Virus record (IMG/VR): IMGVR_UViG_3300005096_000103
Span: 1-64,000 of that record
Reading direction: 5' to 3' (one strand)
DNA: 64,000 bases
Origin: a virus
A program made the position numbers and the translations under genes. Each line of letters starts with the position of its first letter. Within the stretch, counting starts at the first letter, position 1. This document shows, one piece after another, positions 17,225 through 26,817 of the stretch. Below the pieces are notes generated by a model that worked only from the letters and a program-made list of their open reading frames with translations, did not search any database and had not been told where the DNA came from.

Positions 17225-17652
17225 CTAAGGTAAGCATAGTCACTAGGGATGTCATCGTAGATAGACTCTGCGTTCATCTGGTTTTTGTACTCGCGTGTCC
17301 GAAGTTTCCACTCTGCGGATAGTTGCTGCTGAAGCTGCGTGTACAGCATCGCCTTGTCGTCTAGACCCATAGCATCTCCGCGGTCTGTAGGGAGTGTTAC
17401 TTGGTTGCGTGCCTGGAGGAAAACTTCTGAGTAGAGTAGGAATCGTGTTGCGCCTATGATCTGCAGGAACTGCGGCATTGATCCCCAGGTTAGCGTAGTG
17501 ATAGGTGTAGTTACGTTGTACTCATCCGCGGTGAGTTCAAGTGCACACTCTAAATCTTCGTCGGTAAACTGAACGTCATCGAGGAGGATATTGTTGTCAG
17601 CCTTATCTCTAAGGAAGATGCGTATCTTTTTAGCTATCTTGCCTAAGTGCAT
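17212..17652 (-). CDS. Head-tail adaptor (putative)
   Basis: 146 aa helical; IRIFLRDK...FTDEDLECALE pattern resembles head-tail connector proteins; neck-cluster position. Confidence 0.5.
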   Translation of the reverse strand: MHLGKIAKKIRIFLRDKADNNILLDDVQFTDEDLECALELTADEYNVTTPITTLTWGSMPQFLQIIGATRFLLYSEVFLQARNQVTLPTDRGDAMGLDDKAMLYTQLQQQLSAEWKLRTREYKNQMNAESIYDDIPSDYAYLSDRY

Positions 17653-17667
17653 TGCTGACTCCCTATC

Positions 17668-18111
17668 TTAGTTGAAGCTGATAACACGTGGGTTAAACTC
17701 TACCACACCCGCGTTGTTAACCCCGTCAGTTCCCATCAGCTTACCTACCTCAACGACGACAGACTGTGCTGCGAAGGGGGGCGTGATAGTTACTGTACCA
17801 GCCATCGTAGATGAAAGGTAGACTTTGCTCCCTAGGTTATTGGAAGAAATCGGGATTTCAAAGAGGATGGTGAATGTACCTGTTAGGTTTGCAAGTACGC
17901 GTTCAATTGTAAAGTCTCGCTCTTGCGCAGCGACGACTCTGGGGTCATAGTAGGTGGTATTCGATGTGGCTATTGCTGGGTTTGCAAATCCCTGATGATC
18001 TATAGACAGCACAGTGCCTGCAGTGAAGTACACGCCACTGTTACTTTGTATCCAGATCCTAGATCTTGCGGTGTCTTGGTTACCTGTACCGTCGTAGAGT
18101 GTAATAGGCAT
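17668..18111 (-). CDS. Virion decoration-like protein (beta-tulip-like)
   Basis: GSKVYLSSTMAGTVTITPP...VVVEVG pattern recalls cement/decoration domains. Confidence 0.4.
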   Translation of the reverse strand: MPITLYDGTGNQDTARSRIWIQSNSGVYFTAGTVLSIDHQGFANPAIATSNTTYYDPRVVAAQERDFTIERVLANLTGTFTILFEIPISSNNLGSKVYLSSTMAGTVTITPPFAAQSVVVEVGKLMGTDGVNNAGVVEFNPRVISFN

Positions 18112-18711
18112 CTAGACACTCACTTCTATAGACGTAGGACCGTAGTACAAAGTCTTAAAGACGTGAACGACGTAGGTAGCTCCAGGACTTACAGGCACAG
18201 AGTCAAGCCACCTCCCGTCAAGACCTGTCATAGTGTAGCCTGTCGTCTTGTCCGGGGAAACACCATAGTCTGCCAGCGCGTACACTCTGATAGTCGCCCC
18301 GTCTACAGGATTACCATCCTCATCAATCACAGAGAGGTTATCTAGCCCCCCGGTATCTGAGTTGAGGAACGTGTCAGTGAGCGAGAGATCTAGCAGTGGA
18401 ACACCTAGGTAGACCTGCGTACGTCGGATAGCTGTGTACCCTACAACGCCGTGGACCTGGTGCGTGATAACTTCTAGAACGCCTGTGTATGTCAGCGGTA
18501 TAGTCGTTACGTCCACAGACCACAGTCCGCTATGCGTAGCTGACTCTACGTAAGATATAGTAGGTGTTACAAGCGTAGCAAAAGACTTAAACGTATTATC
18601 GTTGAAGTCAAAGTAATCCCCTGTAGATTGATCGCGTAGGTATGCAGTGTAACCCGCCAAAGCGTCATCGACTGTACGAGTACCTTCGTAGGTTAAGGGG
18701 ATAGTTGCCAT
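18112..18711 (-). CDS. Virion protein with C-terminal carboxypeptidase-regulatory-like (Ig-like) domain
   Basis: VIDEDGNPVDGATIRVY...TMTGLDGRW...VSPGATYVV. Confidence 0.55.
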   Translation of the reverse strand: MATIPLTYEGTRTVDDALAGYTAYLRDQSTGDYFDFNDNTFKSFATLVTPTISYVESATHSGLWSVDVTTIPLTYTGVLEVITHQVHGVVGYTAIRRTQVYLGVPLLDLSLTDTFLNSDTGGLDNLSVIDEDGNPVDGATIRVYALADYGVSPDKTTGYTMTGLDGRWLDSVPVSPGATYVVHVFKTLYYGPTSIEVSV

Positions 18712-18727
18712 TGTCTATTCCTAAGTC

Positions 18728-19297
18728 TTAGGTCTTGAGCATCTCAGCAGTCATCACAATCCCACCGTTATATGTAGCATGAGTGTAAGGCGCCGACTGT
18801 AGCGCGTCAAACTCTACAGTAGGCGCAACTGCAAGGTCTCGGTTCCCTGCTAGTTTGTATGCAGCCCACTGAACGTTAAGATCTACAGCGTTTCCAGTGA
18901 CCCACTTAGCACAGCCTTTCTGGCCGTAAGGAGCTAGAGTTGTACTCCCAAGCATGATGCTCGAAATAGTCTCAGTGTTTACAACGCGGGTAGTCCGTAC
19001 AGTGTCCGCGTCGTTTTCAATCAAGACAGCTGTGAGCTGGGCAGCCATACCTGCAGTGTTGACAACGCCGTTAAACGTTGCATGAGTATACGGCGCGGAC
19101 TGGAGTGCAGTATACTCACCTCCTGTAGGCTTACCTATCGGGAGACCTATAGCCTTAAACAATGCCCAAGACTTATTGAACTCTGCAGGAGTACCGGTGC
19201 ATACTTTAGCACAACCCTTCTTTCCATAAGGAGCAAGGGTTACTGCGCCAAACACTACAGACGCCTCGCTGATGTTAACGAGTTTAAATGTAGCCAT
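18728..19297 (-). CDS. Hypothetical protein with two tandem PYGxKGCAK domains
   Basis: LAPYGKKGCAKV...ALQSAPYTHATFNG and LAPYGQKGCAKW...ALQSAPYTHATYNG. Confidence 0.75.
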   Translation of the reverse strand: MATFKLVNISEASVVFGAVTLAPYGKKGCAKVCTGTPAEFNKSWALFKAIGLPIGKPTGGEYTALQSAPYTHATFNGVVNTAGMAAQLTAVLIENDADTVRTTRVVNTETISSIMLGSTTLAPYGQKGCAKWVTGNAVDLNVQWAAYKLAGNRDLAVAPTVEFDALQSAPYTHATYNGGIVMTAEMLKT

Positions 19298-19815
19298 TAC
19301 TCCACCTTCGTTAGCTTAGGATGGGTCTTAAGGTAATGCTTAACATCTTGGAGGATATTAGCCTTTGAACCCATGTTAATGTCATCTTCGATACCGTAAC
19401 TCCGAACCCAAGAACGCATGTCACTAGTCGTCTTAGTTGCTGAGAGTTCAGCAAAGTAGTCGACTTCAGGCTCAGTCTCTGGCTCAGTCTCTGGCGCAGT
19501 CTCTGGCTCAGGAGTAGCTTCGACTTCAGGCTCAGTCTCAGTCTCTGGCTCTGGCTCTGGCTCAGGAGTAGCTTCTGGAAACTTATAAGGTTCTTCTATA
19601 AAGAACTCGTTATACTCGTTATGCGTTATAGGTTTGATTACCATACCGCGGAGCTTGTGCAGTCTAGCACAGTCATCTCGCAGCTTGGTAGAGTCAACAG
19701 CAGGCTTAGCACAACCTTTTTCGCCGTAGGGCTGTAGGATGTAGCTGTTAACTACAACGCAGCCTTTGTCGTAGGTGTTTAAAATATAAATATAGCTCAC
19801 GAGCTTACCCCTCAT
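19297..19815 (-). CDS. PYGxKGCAK-domain protein with PE/T linker and small helical C-terminal domain
   Basis: LQPYGEKGCAKP; (PEPETE)n linker; C-terminus resembles Rho_N/HeH-type two-helix motifs. Confidence 0.7.
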   Translation of the reverse strand: MRGKLVSYIYILNTYDKGCVVVNSYILQPYGEKGCAKPAVDSTKLRDDCARLHKLRGMVIKPITHNEYNEFFIEEPYKFPEATPEPEPEPETETEPEVEATPEPETAPETEPETEPEVDYFAELSATKTTSDMRSWVRSYGIEDDINMGSKANILQDVKHYLKTHPKLTKVE

Positions 19816-19822
19816 ACACTAA

Positions 19823-19863
19823 AAGCTGCAACCTCTCTAATGTATATAGTCAAGTTGCAGCTT
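19823..19863 (-). terminator. Hairpin downstream of the capsid gene (possible terminator/stabiliser)
   Basis: AAGCTGCAAC (19823-19832) / GTTGCAGCTT (19854-19863); short T tract on the minus strand. Confidence 0.5.
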
Positions 19864-19888
19864 AATTAGTTTTGGTTAGTTCTATTGT

Positions 19889-20806
19889 TTAGGGGAAGGT
19901 CACGCGAATGACTCCGCCAACGTTGACGAAGGTCACGCCGAGTACACTGTAGGCGTAGAACTCAATCATGTCAGCTTCCTGCTTGATATGCACAGTTGCA
20001 TCTTCAAGGAGAAAGTACTTACCGAGGTACTCTTCTGGTGCGAAGATCCACATTTCATTCGCAGGGAGAATATCAGACTTGATAGTTGTGATAGCGTCAT
20101 AACCCCAGAGCTTAGTCTGGCTCTCAACGCCTTCGTCGTACAAGCGCTCAGCAACACCATCACCTACATCAACTGCATCGAAGAGGAGGAGGTCAACGAA
20201 AAGCTCCTTGGTGAGGAGGATTTTGCCTATGTTGAGTTTCTTAGAGAGGAGAGCCTTGAGACCTGCAACGAGTCCAGCCTTTGACAACGCCGCGGTACCA
20301 GCAGCGATACTCTGCGCGGGGAACGTAGTCACGATATCAAGGATGGTATCGTAGAAGTAGGTGTCTTCGGTGTCTGCCATGTCGAAGACAGAGTTGTCTT
20401 GCAGGATCTTGACGATATCCGACTTGTAGGTCATCAACTCCCACTTGTTCTTCCGCCACTTGTCTGAGGTAATTTTACCAAAGGGGCAGGAGGTTCGTGG
20501 CATGCGGATATACTTGCGGTCCGAGGTCGAAGCGAAGGGTACGAAAGTCGCGTACGACTCAGTCTCTTCTTCGACGATAATCCGTGGTGTGTCGTTGTCT
20601 ACACTCGGATCAAGCATCGAAGCATCCACATTCTGCGGAGTGAAGATCTTTCGTGCGAAGCTGTGTTGGCGGACATAGTCACGGACATAAGAGGTTACTT
20701 GTGCAGACGCCTCCTTAACATTGTCCTCGACTTTCCGCACAAAGTTAGTGTTAATTTCTTTGGCACTCACTTGTGTGGTGACCGTGCGATATGCTGGTGA
20801 CGCCAT
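19889..20806 (-). CDS. Major capsid protein (HK97 fold)
   Basis: 305 aa after protease-scaffold-decoration genes; YVRDYVRQHSFARKIFTP and YFLLEDATVHIKQEAD patterns; C-ending codons suggest high expression. Confidence 0.8.
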   Translation of the reverse strand: MASPAYRTVTTQVSAKEINTNFVRKVEDNVKEASAQVTSYVRDYVRQHSFARKIFTPQNVDASMLDPSVDNDTPRIIVEEETESYATFVPFASTSDRKYIRMPRTSCPFGKITSDKWRKNKWELMTYKSDIVKILQDNSVFDMADTEDTYFYDTILDIVTTFPAQSIAAGTAALSKAGLVAGLKALLSKKLNIGKILLTKELFVDLLLFDAVDVGDGVAERLYDEGVESQTKLWGYDAITTIKSDILPANEMWIFAPEEYLGKYFLLEDATVHIKQEADMIEFYAYSVLGVTFVNVGGVIRVTFP

Positions 20807-20889
20807 TGCCTTTCCCTCTGAGAAGTTATCTTATCTAAAGCGGTTCAGTAAATTTTCTTCTGATCAGCTACTGCCAGAAACAGTCGCTA

Positions 20890-21399
20890 CTAAAGATGCC
20901 CAATAGCGATTGTTGCCAGTCCCGCTGTACCATCCCACGCGAGAAGTTCACCATACTTAATGAACATATCAACACCACCAAGATACCCCTGCTTCCGGAT
21001 GATGCCCGCTTGTACAGTGACGTCGTCGCCTGGGACAATTGCAGCCATATCTACTGCGTTGACGTTTGCAGTCTGGATGATCATCGTGCCCTTGACGATA
21101 GCAGCCTTCTTTGCGTAGACAGCATCAGGTTCCTTAGTCGACATGCCTGTGCGCACAAGCCATGTGTGTGGTGCAGCAACAAGCAACGTCGCTAGTGCGA
21201 GGATAGACGCAGCATTTTCAACACGTGCAAGAGTAACTACGTTGATTACGGGAGTACCAGCGTTATCTTCAATAACAACTACGTCGCCCTCCTGGGGAGT
21301 ATAACCTACCTGACCCGCAAGTGCATGGCCAATAGTAGCGAGGTCCTGAGTCTCGAAGTAGCCTTTCAGGATTTGGAATTTTGAGTCTAGAATCGCCAT
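20890..21399 (-). CDS. Capsid decoration/cement protein (putative)
   Basis: 169 aa directly upstream of the capsid gene; GDVVVI / PGDDVTV beta-tulip-like motifs. Confidence 0.55.
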   Translation of the reverse strand: MAILDSKFQILKGYFETQDLATIGHALAGQVGYTPQEGDVVVIEDNAGTPVINVVTLARVENAASILALATLLVAAPHTWLVRTGMSTKEPDAVYAKKAAIVKGTMIIQTANVNAVDMAAIVPGDDVTVQAGIIRKQGYLGGVDMFIKYGELLAWDGTAGLATIAIGHL

Positions 21400-21429
21400 G
21401 GCGAACTCCTCTATGCAGTGTTTCGATTA

Positions 21430-21873
21430 TTAAGAGTTAAAGAAACTGATGAGACGTTCTCGGGCACTATCAGTCTGCCCCGAACTATCACGGTTATATC
21501 TAGCGTGTTTACGCGCAGCTTTCCCTAGCTGGATACCTGGAGTCCTATGACTGCTAAAGACACCAGCTAGCTTAGCTAGGATCTCAGGAGACAAGCCTTC
21601 AACCTGTCGAATGAGATCTCCTACCTCCATATCTCTCGACGTAGTACGATAGATTTCGCGAGCGACTTTAATTGCGTCGTCTTCTTCTTCAGCGTCTTCC
21701 TCTTCGTCATCACCCTCTTCTTTAAGAGGGGCCATGAGACTCTGCTCTTTCACCTTGGCGACAGACTCTTCGAGTTCGTCAACACGCTCCTCAAGAGCTT
21801 TGATATACTCGTCAGATTTCTCTAGAGCATCCGCGACTTTATTGAAAGCATCAGCAACAGCTTGTGGTTCCAT
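21430..21873 (-). CDS. Scaffolding protein (putative)
   Basis: Coiled coil, acidic linker, C-terminal ARERLISFFNS helix; several KxA motifs. Confidence 0.5.
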   Translation of the reverse strand: MEPQAVADAFNKVADALEKSDEYIKALEERVDELEESVAKVKEQSLMAPLKEEGDDEEEDAEEEDDAIKVAREIYRTTSRDMEVGDLIRQVEGLSPEILAKLAGVFSSHRTPGIQLGKAARKHARYNRDSSGQTDSARERLISFFNS

Positions 21874-22154
21874 TAATTCCCTCCGTTATATAGCGCGGCT
21901 TGGAATCGTCGGAGACCTTTCAAAGCTAGTGACGAATGTCTACTTGCTAGCTTATCAAGCCCCTGTGCTCCGGCCTGCAAAGGTACTACGCTTCCATGTG
22001 ATCGCAAGTCATTTGCAACCTTTCTCATCGAAGAGCCTAGAGAGCTAGTCTCTGTACCTCTCTCTGAGAGTCTAATGCATCCAGCTTCCTTACGCAAGTA
22101 GTGAGCGCTCTTGGCAGCTAAAACGATATTCTGTAGCTCTTGTTCTAGGTCCAT
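21873..22154 (-). CDS. Hypothetical head-region protein (KxA motif)
   Basis: 93 aa, AGGAGG SD; KEAG, KVAN, KLAS. Confidence 0.7.
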   Translation of the reverse strand: MDLEQELQNIVLAAKSAHYLRKEAGCIRLSERGTETSSLGSSMRKVANDLRSHGSVVPLQAGAQGLDKLASRHSSLALKGLRRFQAALYNGGN

Positions 22155-22216
22155 GAGAGCAACCTCCTACTTTTAAGTTATGTAGCCACTATCCGCAGGC
22201 TATACAGTGTGATGCG

Positions 22217-22585
22217 CTAAGCTTGTGGTCCTCGTAGAGTCTTAGGACTCAGGTAATTAGAGATTGCACTACGTGCAGAATTCAAGACCTGAGGTCCATT
22301 TGAGCCCGTAGCAACGCCTGCGCCGAATGACAGTAGACTTCGATTTCTCAAGTCTTTGGTATACTTAGTTCTTGCCGCGTCATTTTTAGCAGTGTTACTA
22401 GCATTTTGGTAGGCTATATAACCACCTAAGGGCGCAGCAGTAGCTAGTGACCCACCTGCTACGTACTTAGCTGCGTTTCTAAATGCACCCGAACGTTTAA
22501 CACGGAGGGGCACAGCCTGGAGCCCTGCCTGCTTTACGATTGAGGTCCCGTGTATTAAAACTTTCATCAAAGAATTGATACGCAT
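22217..22585 (-). CDS. Hypothetical head-region protein with two Gly-rich hydrophobic segments
   Basis: YVAGGSLATAAPLGGYIAY; LLSFGAGVATG; KQAG. Confidence 0.7.
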   Translation of the reverse strand: MRINSLMKVLIHGTSIVKQAGLQAVPLRVKRSGAFRNAAKYVAGGSLATAAPLGGYIAYQNASNTAKNDAARTKYTKDLRNRSLLSFGAGVATGSNGPQVLNSARSAISNYLSPKTLRGPQA

Positions 22586-22605
22586 AGGTAATCTCCTTAG
22601 AAATC

Positions 22606-23412
22606 CTATGCAAGGATCTCGTTAATCTGAGTAAGGGCATCGTTATACGTATACGAACATGCCTCAGCAAGTTTGTTAATAGCTTCTTCTGTATGTGCTA
22701 CGCCTTGTGGCGAACCTGCAGAGGACAGGTGCGATCGTGCGTCAGCGCCTCCCTGTTCTGCAGCAATTTTAAGCAGTGAGAGAGTCGCGTCTTCACGCCC
22801 AGTCTCAGCGGCACTAGACATAACATCATCAAAAGCATCTTGCCGTCCTAGCGATTCAGCCTGCTTGATAAGCTCTACGTTTTCAGGACCTAGTGCTGCA
22901 ATGCTCGCATCACGTCTACCAGCATCAGCTGCAACTTTCAACAAGAACCCTGCAGCTTCAGCAGCACCAACTTCCGCAGCATCGGCTAAGACACTAGAGA
23001 GGTCAGAGCTTTGTGCAACGTACCCTGCTTGCTTCTGTGTGTAAGCAGGTGCTAGAGTCTGTGCTACACTCGCATACTTATCCATCTCACCAAGGAACGC
23101 TTGGGCTGCAGACGTACCAATTAACGCCCCGGTCTGCATGTCTGCAAGGGTCTCAGCTTGCTCAAGCTCTGCAGCTTGTTTTTGGAGTGCGTATAGTTCT
23201 AAGGAGTTCTGCTGAGGGATCTGTTGTGATGCAACTTTTGTTGAGCTACTAGAGAGTGCTGCAAAAGCTGCAGTAGCTTCAGCCTTACGCTCAGCGAGTG
23301 TAATACTCTGTGTAGGACCTGCGCTGATAACCGCCGCAGCAGTTTTGGTTTCGGTGTGCGTATCGCTTAACCGACTAATCAGGTCGTCTACGCTAAGGTT
23401 GAGATTATGCAT
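22606..23412 (-). CDS. Ala-rich head-region protein built of KxA repeats
   Basis: 268 aa; 9 of 10 lysines are in K-x-A. Confidence 0.8.
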   Translation of the reverse strand: MHNLNLSVDDLISRLSDTHTETKTAAAVISAGPTQSITLAERKAEATAAFAALSSSSTKVASQQIPQQNSLELYALQKQAAELEQAETLADMQTGALIGTSAAQAFLGEMDKYASVAQTLAPAYTQKQAGYVAQSSDLSSVLADAAEVGAAEAAGFLLKVAADAGRRDASIAALGPENVELIKQAESLGRQDAFDDVMSSAAETGREDATLSLLKIAAEQGGADARSHLSSAGSPQGVAHTEEAINKLAEACSYTYNDALTQINEILA

Positions 23413-23457
23413 GAGATCTCCTGTTTAGTGAGTCGTTACAGTGTTCTATACTACCTC

Positions 23458-25497
23458 TTATAGATCTAGAGGTATAAAGTTAAAGAGTTGTTGGACTACG
23501 TACCCTAAGTCTCTATCTGCGTAGATAGACTCAGAGCTCGTGTACCTACTAGTACTACCAAAAGTCTCATATGTATTCAACCTTCCTGCGGTCTTTACAC
23601 AGTCAAGTTTTTTAAGTGCTAGAGAATCAAACCTATCTATAGCGACTAGAAGAGTTGTAACAGTTTCGGGATTAAGATACTCCGTATGTTCAGCTATTTT
23701 CCTAGAGGACATAGGTGTATTCCACGGGATCTTTTCACCGGTTACCGTCGTGATCTCCGGGCTCTTACTCTTAAGGAACCGGGACGTAAGGTATGCACCA
23801 CCTGCAGCTATAGCTACCGGGAGAGCAGCTGATAGACTACGTACAGGTGCAGAAGACCTATACTTCCCAAAAGGTAGGTAGTTAGAGCCTATAACAGCTG
23901 CACCTGTTAGACCTGCTGTGATACCTGCGCCTGTCGCCTTAGCCTTAAAATTCTTAAGTCTAGCTTCATCAGCGACATCGCGTGTAGTGACTGAGACATT
24001 CCCTCTTCGATCTCTAGTAGCCAGTGGCTTGATCCTAGAGGTATATGCGTTATCTGCACCAACTATCTTAGCAATTGTGCTACCACCCTGATTCTCGTTG
24101 AATGCCCTGTTAACTAATAGGTCCTTAAGGAGAGCACATTTCTCTCTCTGAGGATACGCAGCTGTAAGGACACTGTCTGACACAGTACTAGTGTCCAGTG
24201 AGTCTAAACCTGTTACAGCTAAGATCTCCTCAAGAAGACCGGCATTATAGGTTGCGTACTTGAGAATCTCAGACCTGGCGTCGAATAAGCTAGATGCTAT
24301 TTTAGCTGAGAAGGGAACGTCATTCTTCTTACAGGTTATCCGATAGATATCAATGAGCGTCGGGAACATGTTAATCTTAGCGAGTGAGGCTAAGACAACA
24401 CTGATGGGTTCCTGCGCGCAGGTGTTGATAAGCTTTTCAGAAAAAGGCTCCTGAGTCTCTAGAGCAGGACGCAACGACTTAACGTTATCAAAGATCATAG
24501 ATCCTGATCTATGATCCATACTTGGTAAGTCGTGTGGCGGACGTACGCCGTGGATTACACCTTGTACTATCTTCTCTATATCCGCGATCTTAAGTAGTTC
24601 ACTTCTTAGACCTGTATTACCTATATTGAAGCTAGCTGTCTTACCCATCGCGTGATGTCCACCTCCAACGGTGTTTACAGTGTAGGTACCTTCGTCCCTG
24701 CCTACGTTTTCACCGTCCGTTGACATCACTTTAAGCGCATAGCCTATACGATCTGCAGGTTTAAATATCCAAGAGATATCAAAGAGGCTAGGGCTAGGGT
24801 TCCATACAATGCAGCTGTCTCCGTTACCTAGGATTTTGCCGAGTCCGTATCGAGGGTCTGAGCCGTTAACGTGTACACAGTACTGTCGACGCGTAGGTGC
24901 ACGGTTAGCACAGACATCACAGATATCGTACTTGATACGACACCCCATAGATACTGCGGGGAACTCCCCGTCCCGTATCTTATCCATGAATGTACGTACT
25001 TTAACATTAGAGTTGTTGACGTCTAAAAGTAGTTCAACCCTCTGCATCTTTTGATTGTAGAACGCCTTACGAACGCTACCTACACTGTTACGGGGATCTT
25101 TGTTCTGGTGGTGAACAAAGTTGTGCGCCATAGTTTCAAAAGACTTGTAATGCTCAGGTAGAGTCTCTCCCCAGTCTAACTCTTTCCTCCCGTTGATATA
25201 CACAGGTCGCGAAGAGAAGCCATCCCCATTGCGGTTCGCACCATAGTAGTCTGACGCACTCATAGCTAGGACGAGTACAGTAGTGTGCCCTGGTTCTGGG
25301 TCGACCGACCTTATAAAATCCAGAGACTCTACACTAGCATACTTCTCTAATCTGACATCCCGTCTATCGATATACCTTACAATAGGCTCAGGAGTATACT
25401 GGAACTCCTTACCAAGTTCGATAGTCTTCACAAACCTTCTGTCGTCTGTGTAGAGTTGAGGACTGCCAGCTGCAAAGCTTAGCTTAGTGGTAGTCAT
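23458..25497 (-). CDS. Prohead (maturation) protease, HK97/assemblin-like, with Cys/His insertion and long C-terminal extension
   Basis: NRNGDGF, FVHHQN, FPAVSMGC (candidate nucleophile Ser), FDISWIFKPAD; CDVC...CVH insertion. Confidence 0.7.
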   Translation of the reverse strand: MTTTKLSFAAGSPQLYTDDRRFVKTIELGKEFQYTPEPIVRYIDRRDVRLEKYASVESLDFIRSVDPEPGHTTVLVLAMSASDYYGANRNGDGFSSRPVYINGRKELDWGETLPEHYKSFETMAHNFVHHQNKDPRNSVGSVRKAFYNQKMQRVELLLDVNNSNVKVRTFMDKIRDGEFPAVSMGCRIKYDICDVCANRAPTRRQYCVHVNGSDPRYGLGKILGNGDSCIVWNPSPSLFDISWIFKPADRIGYALKVMSTDGENVGRDEGTYTVNTVGGGHHAMGKTASFNIGNTGLRSELLKIADIEKIVQGVIHGVRPPHDLPSMDHRSGSMIFDNVKSLRPALETQEPFSEKLINTCAQEPISVVLASLAKINMFPTLIDIYRITCKKNDVPFSAKIASSLFDARSEILKYATYNAGLLEEILAVTGLDSLDTSTVSDSVLTAAYPQREKCALLKDLLVNRAFNENQGGSTIAKIVGADNAYTSRIKPLATRDRRGNVSVTTRDVADEARLKNFKAKATGAGITAGLTGAAVIGSNYLPFGKYRSSAPVRSLSAALPVAIAAGGAYLTSRFLKSKSPEITTVTGEKIPWNTPMSSRKIAEHTEYLNPETVTTLLVAIDRFDSLALKKLDCVKTAGRLNTYETFGSTSRYTSSESIYADRDLGYVVQQLFNFIPLDL

Positions 25498-25498
25498 T

Positions 25499-26086
25499 CT
25501 AGCGTCGAGCTCCGCTATTATTATTGTTGTTGTTGCTACCCTTCGAGCCTAAGCGATTCCCCGCCATAGTACCTAACGTCGTACCTAAGAAGTTACCACC
25601 TGCGATAGCCAGTGCAGCTAAGGGGAGGTTACTCTTTGCCTTAGACTCGGCCCTATCGATAGCTCTATCACTAACGTAGTTAGCCGCAGGGACTCCGATG
25701 GCGGTAGCACCTAATGCTAGACCCGCCCCTTGAGCAATCCGACTTTTCTTTAGTGCAGCCAACCCACCTTTAAGACTATCAGCGACGCCAGCTCGCTTAC
25801 CGAAAACCTGGTACCCGTTGTCTTCTAGGTAACGAATAGAGGCAAGACCTTGCTTAATGTCGAGCCACTTGGACTGTGTGGCAGCTGTACGACTCGCCAT
25901 CTTCTGGATAGCCATAACAGGGCTAGGGGCTACGGCGGGTCCACCGTTTTCCATAGCTTCCTTGTACGCGACGATAACGTGGAGGGGGACACTACGCAAC
26001 GCAGCAACCTTTACAGCCCCTAGGGCACCGACCAACCCACGCCAGGTACGCTCGTGATACTCACGCTCTGAAATATAAGAATTCAT
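25499..26086 (-). CDS. Putative internal/ejection protein with two Gly-rich hydrophobic helices
   Basis: GAGLALGATAIGVPAA; LAALAIAGGNFLGTTLG; KVAA, KMAS, KRAG. Confidence 0.7.
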   Translation of the reverse strand: MNSYISEREYHERTWRGLVGALGAVKVAALRSVPLHVIVAYKEAMENGGPAVAPSPVMAIQKMASRTAATQSKWLDIKQGLASIRYLEDNGYQVFGKRAGVADSLKGGLAALKKSRIAQGAGLALGATAIGVPAANYVSDRAIDRAESKAKSNLPLAALAIAGGNFLGTTLGTMAGNRLGSKGSNNNNNNSGARR

Positions 26087-26094
26087 ACTAACCT

Positions 26095-26805
26095 CTACTT
26101 GCGTGAGTGTGGCGACCTAACAGCTTTCTCTGCGTCAGCGATACCTTTCATGGCTGTGTAGTCAGGTCCGTTCCCTGTGATGAGTGTCTGACGTAAAAAG
26201 TTGCGAGCTACAAAAGGGTCAGACATAACACGAGGTCCTACACCGAGGGCGCCCATATACGATTGTCGCATGAGATCCTTCTCAGATCCTGTAGCCCTAC
26301 GTAAGATAGGATCAGTGCTCATAAGGTTATCAATCTTAGAACCTTGGTACTGTGTCTGCACTGCAGCTGTTCCGCCACGTAGGATGTCTGATAGTGCAGT
26401 AGAGATACCTGTTGCAGCTTCAGACCCTAGAGTCTTTGCAAATGACGCAGCACCTATCTCGTCCATCTTCGCACGGTCGAAGAGACTATTCTGATCCCTG
26501 TTGGCTTGGTAGCCCCTCGTTGCTAACACGGGATCAGCTACAGCTTTGTTCCTGTGACTCAGATGCTCGTAGATAGAACCACCAACAGCGCTGAGACCTG
26601 ACATACCTGCGGTTAACCCTAGAAGACTCTTGTAGTTGCCAGGCTTTATACCTAAGGCTGAAGCTTGTAACGCTAAGCCTGAGAGGAAGTCGCTATTCTT
26701 AAGGAGTTCACTGGCAGCATCTCCTACAGACTCAGCCGCCCTTCTCCAGTAATTTCCCGTCTTAACACGGGAGTGGACCATAGCTCGTATCTTAGTGTCT
26801 AGCAT
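26095..26805 (-). CDS. Putative internal/ejection protein
   Basis: 236 aa; LLGLTAGMSGLSAVGG hydrophobic segment. Confidence 0.7.
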   Translation of the reverse strand: MLDTKIRAMVHSRVKTGNYWRRAAESVGDAASELLKNSDFLSGLALQASALGIKPGNYKSLLGLTAGMSGLSAVGGSIYEHLSHRNKAVADPVLATRGYQANRDQNSLFDRAKMDEIGAASFAKTLGSEAATGISTALSDILRGGTAAVQTQYQGSKIDNLMSTDPILRRATGSEKDLMRQSYMGALGVGPRVMSDPFVARNFLRQTLITGNGPDYTAMKGIADAEKAVRSPHSRK

Positions 26806-26817
26806 TTGTAGCCTGCC

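Noticed and set aside
4406-17652. Extracellular contractile injection system / tailocin
   Set aside because: Capsid, portal, terminase and replication genes are linked, so this is a phage.
19889-20806. Encapsulin instead of a capsid protein
   Set aside because: It sits in a full phage context with protease, portal, terminase, neck and contractile tail genes.
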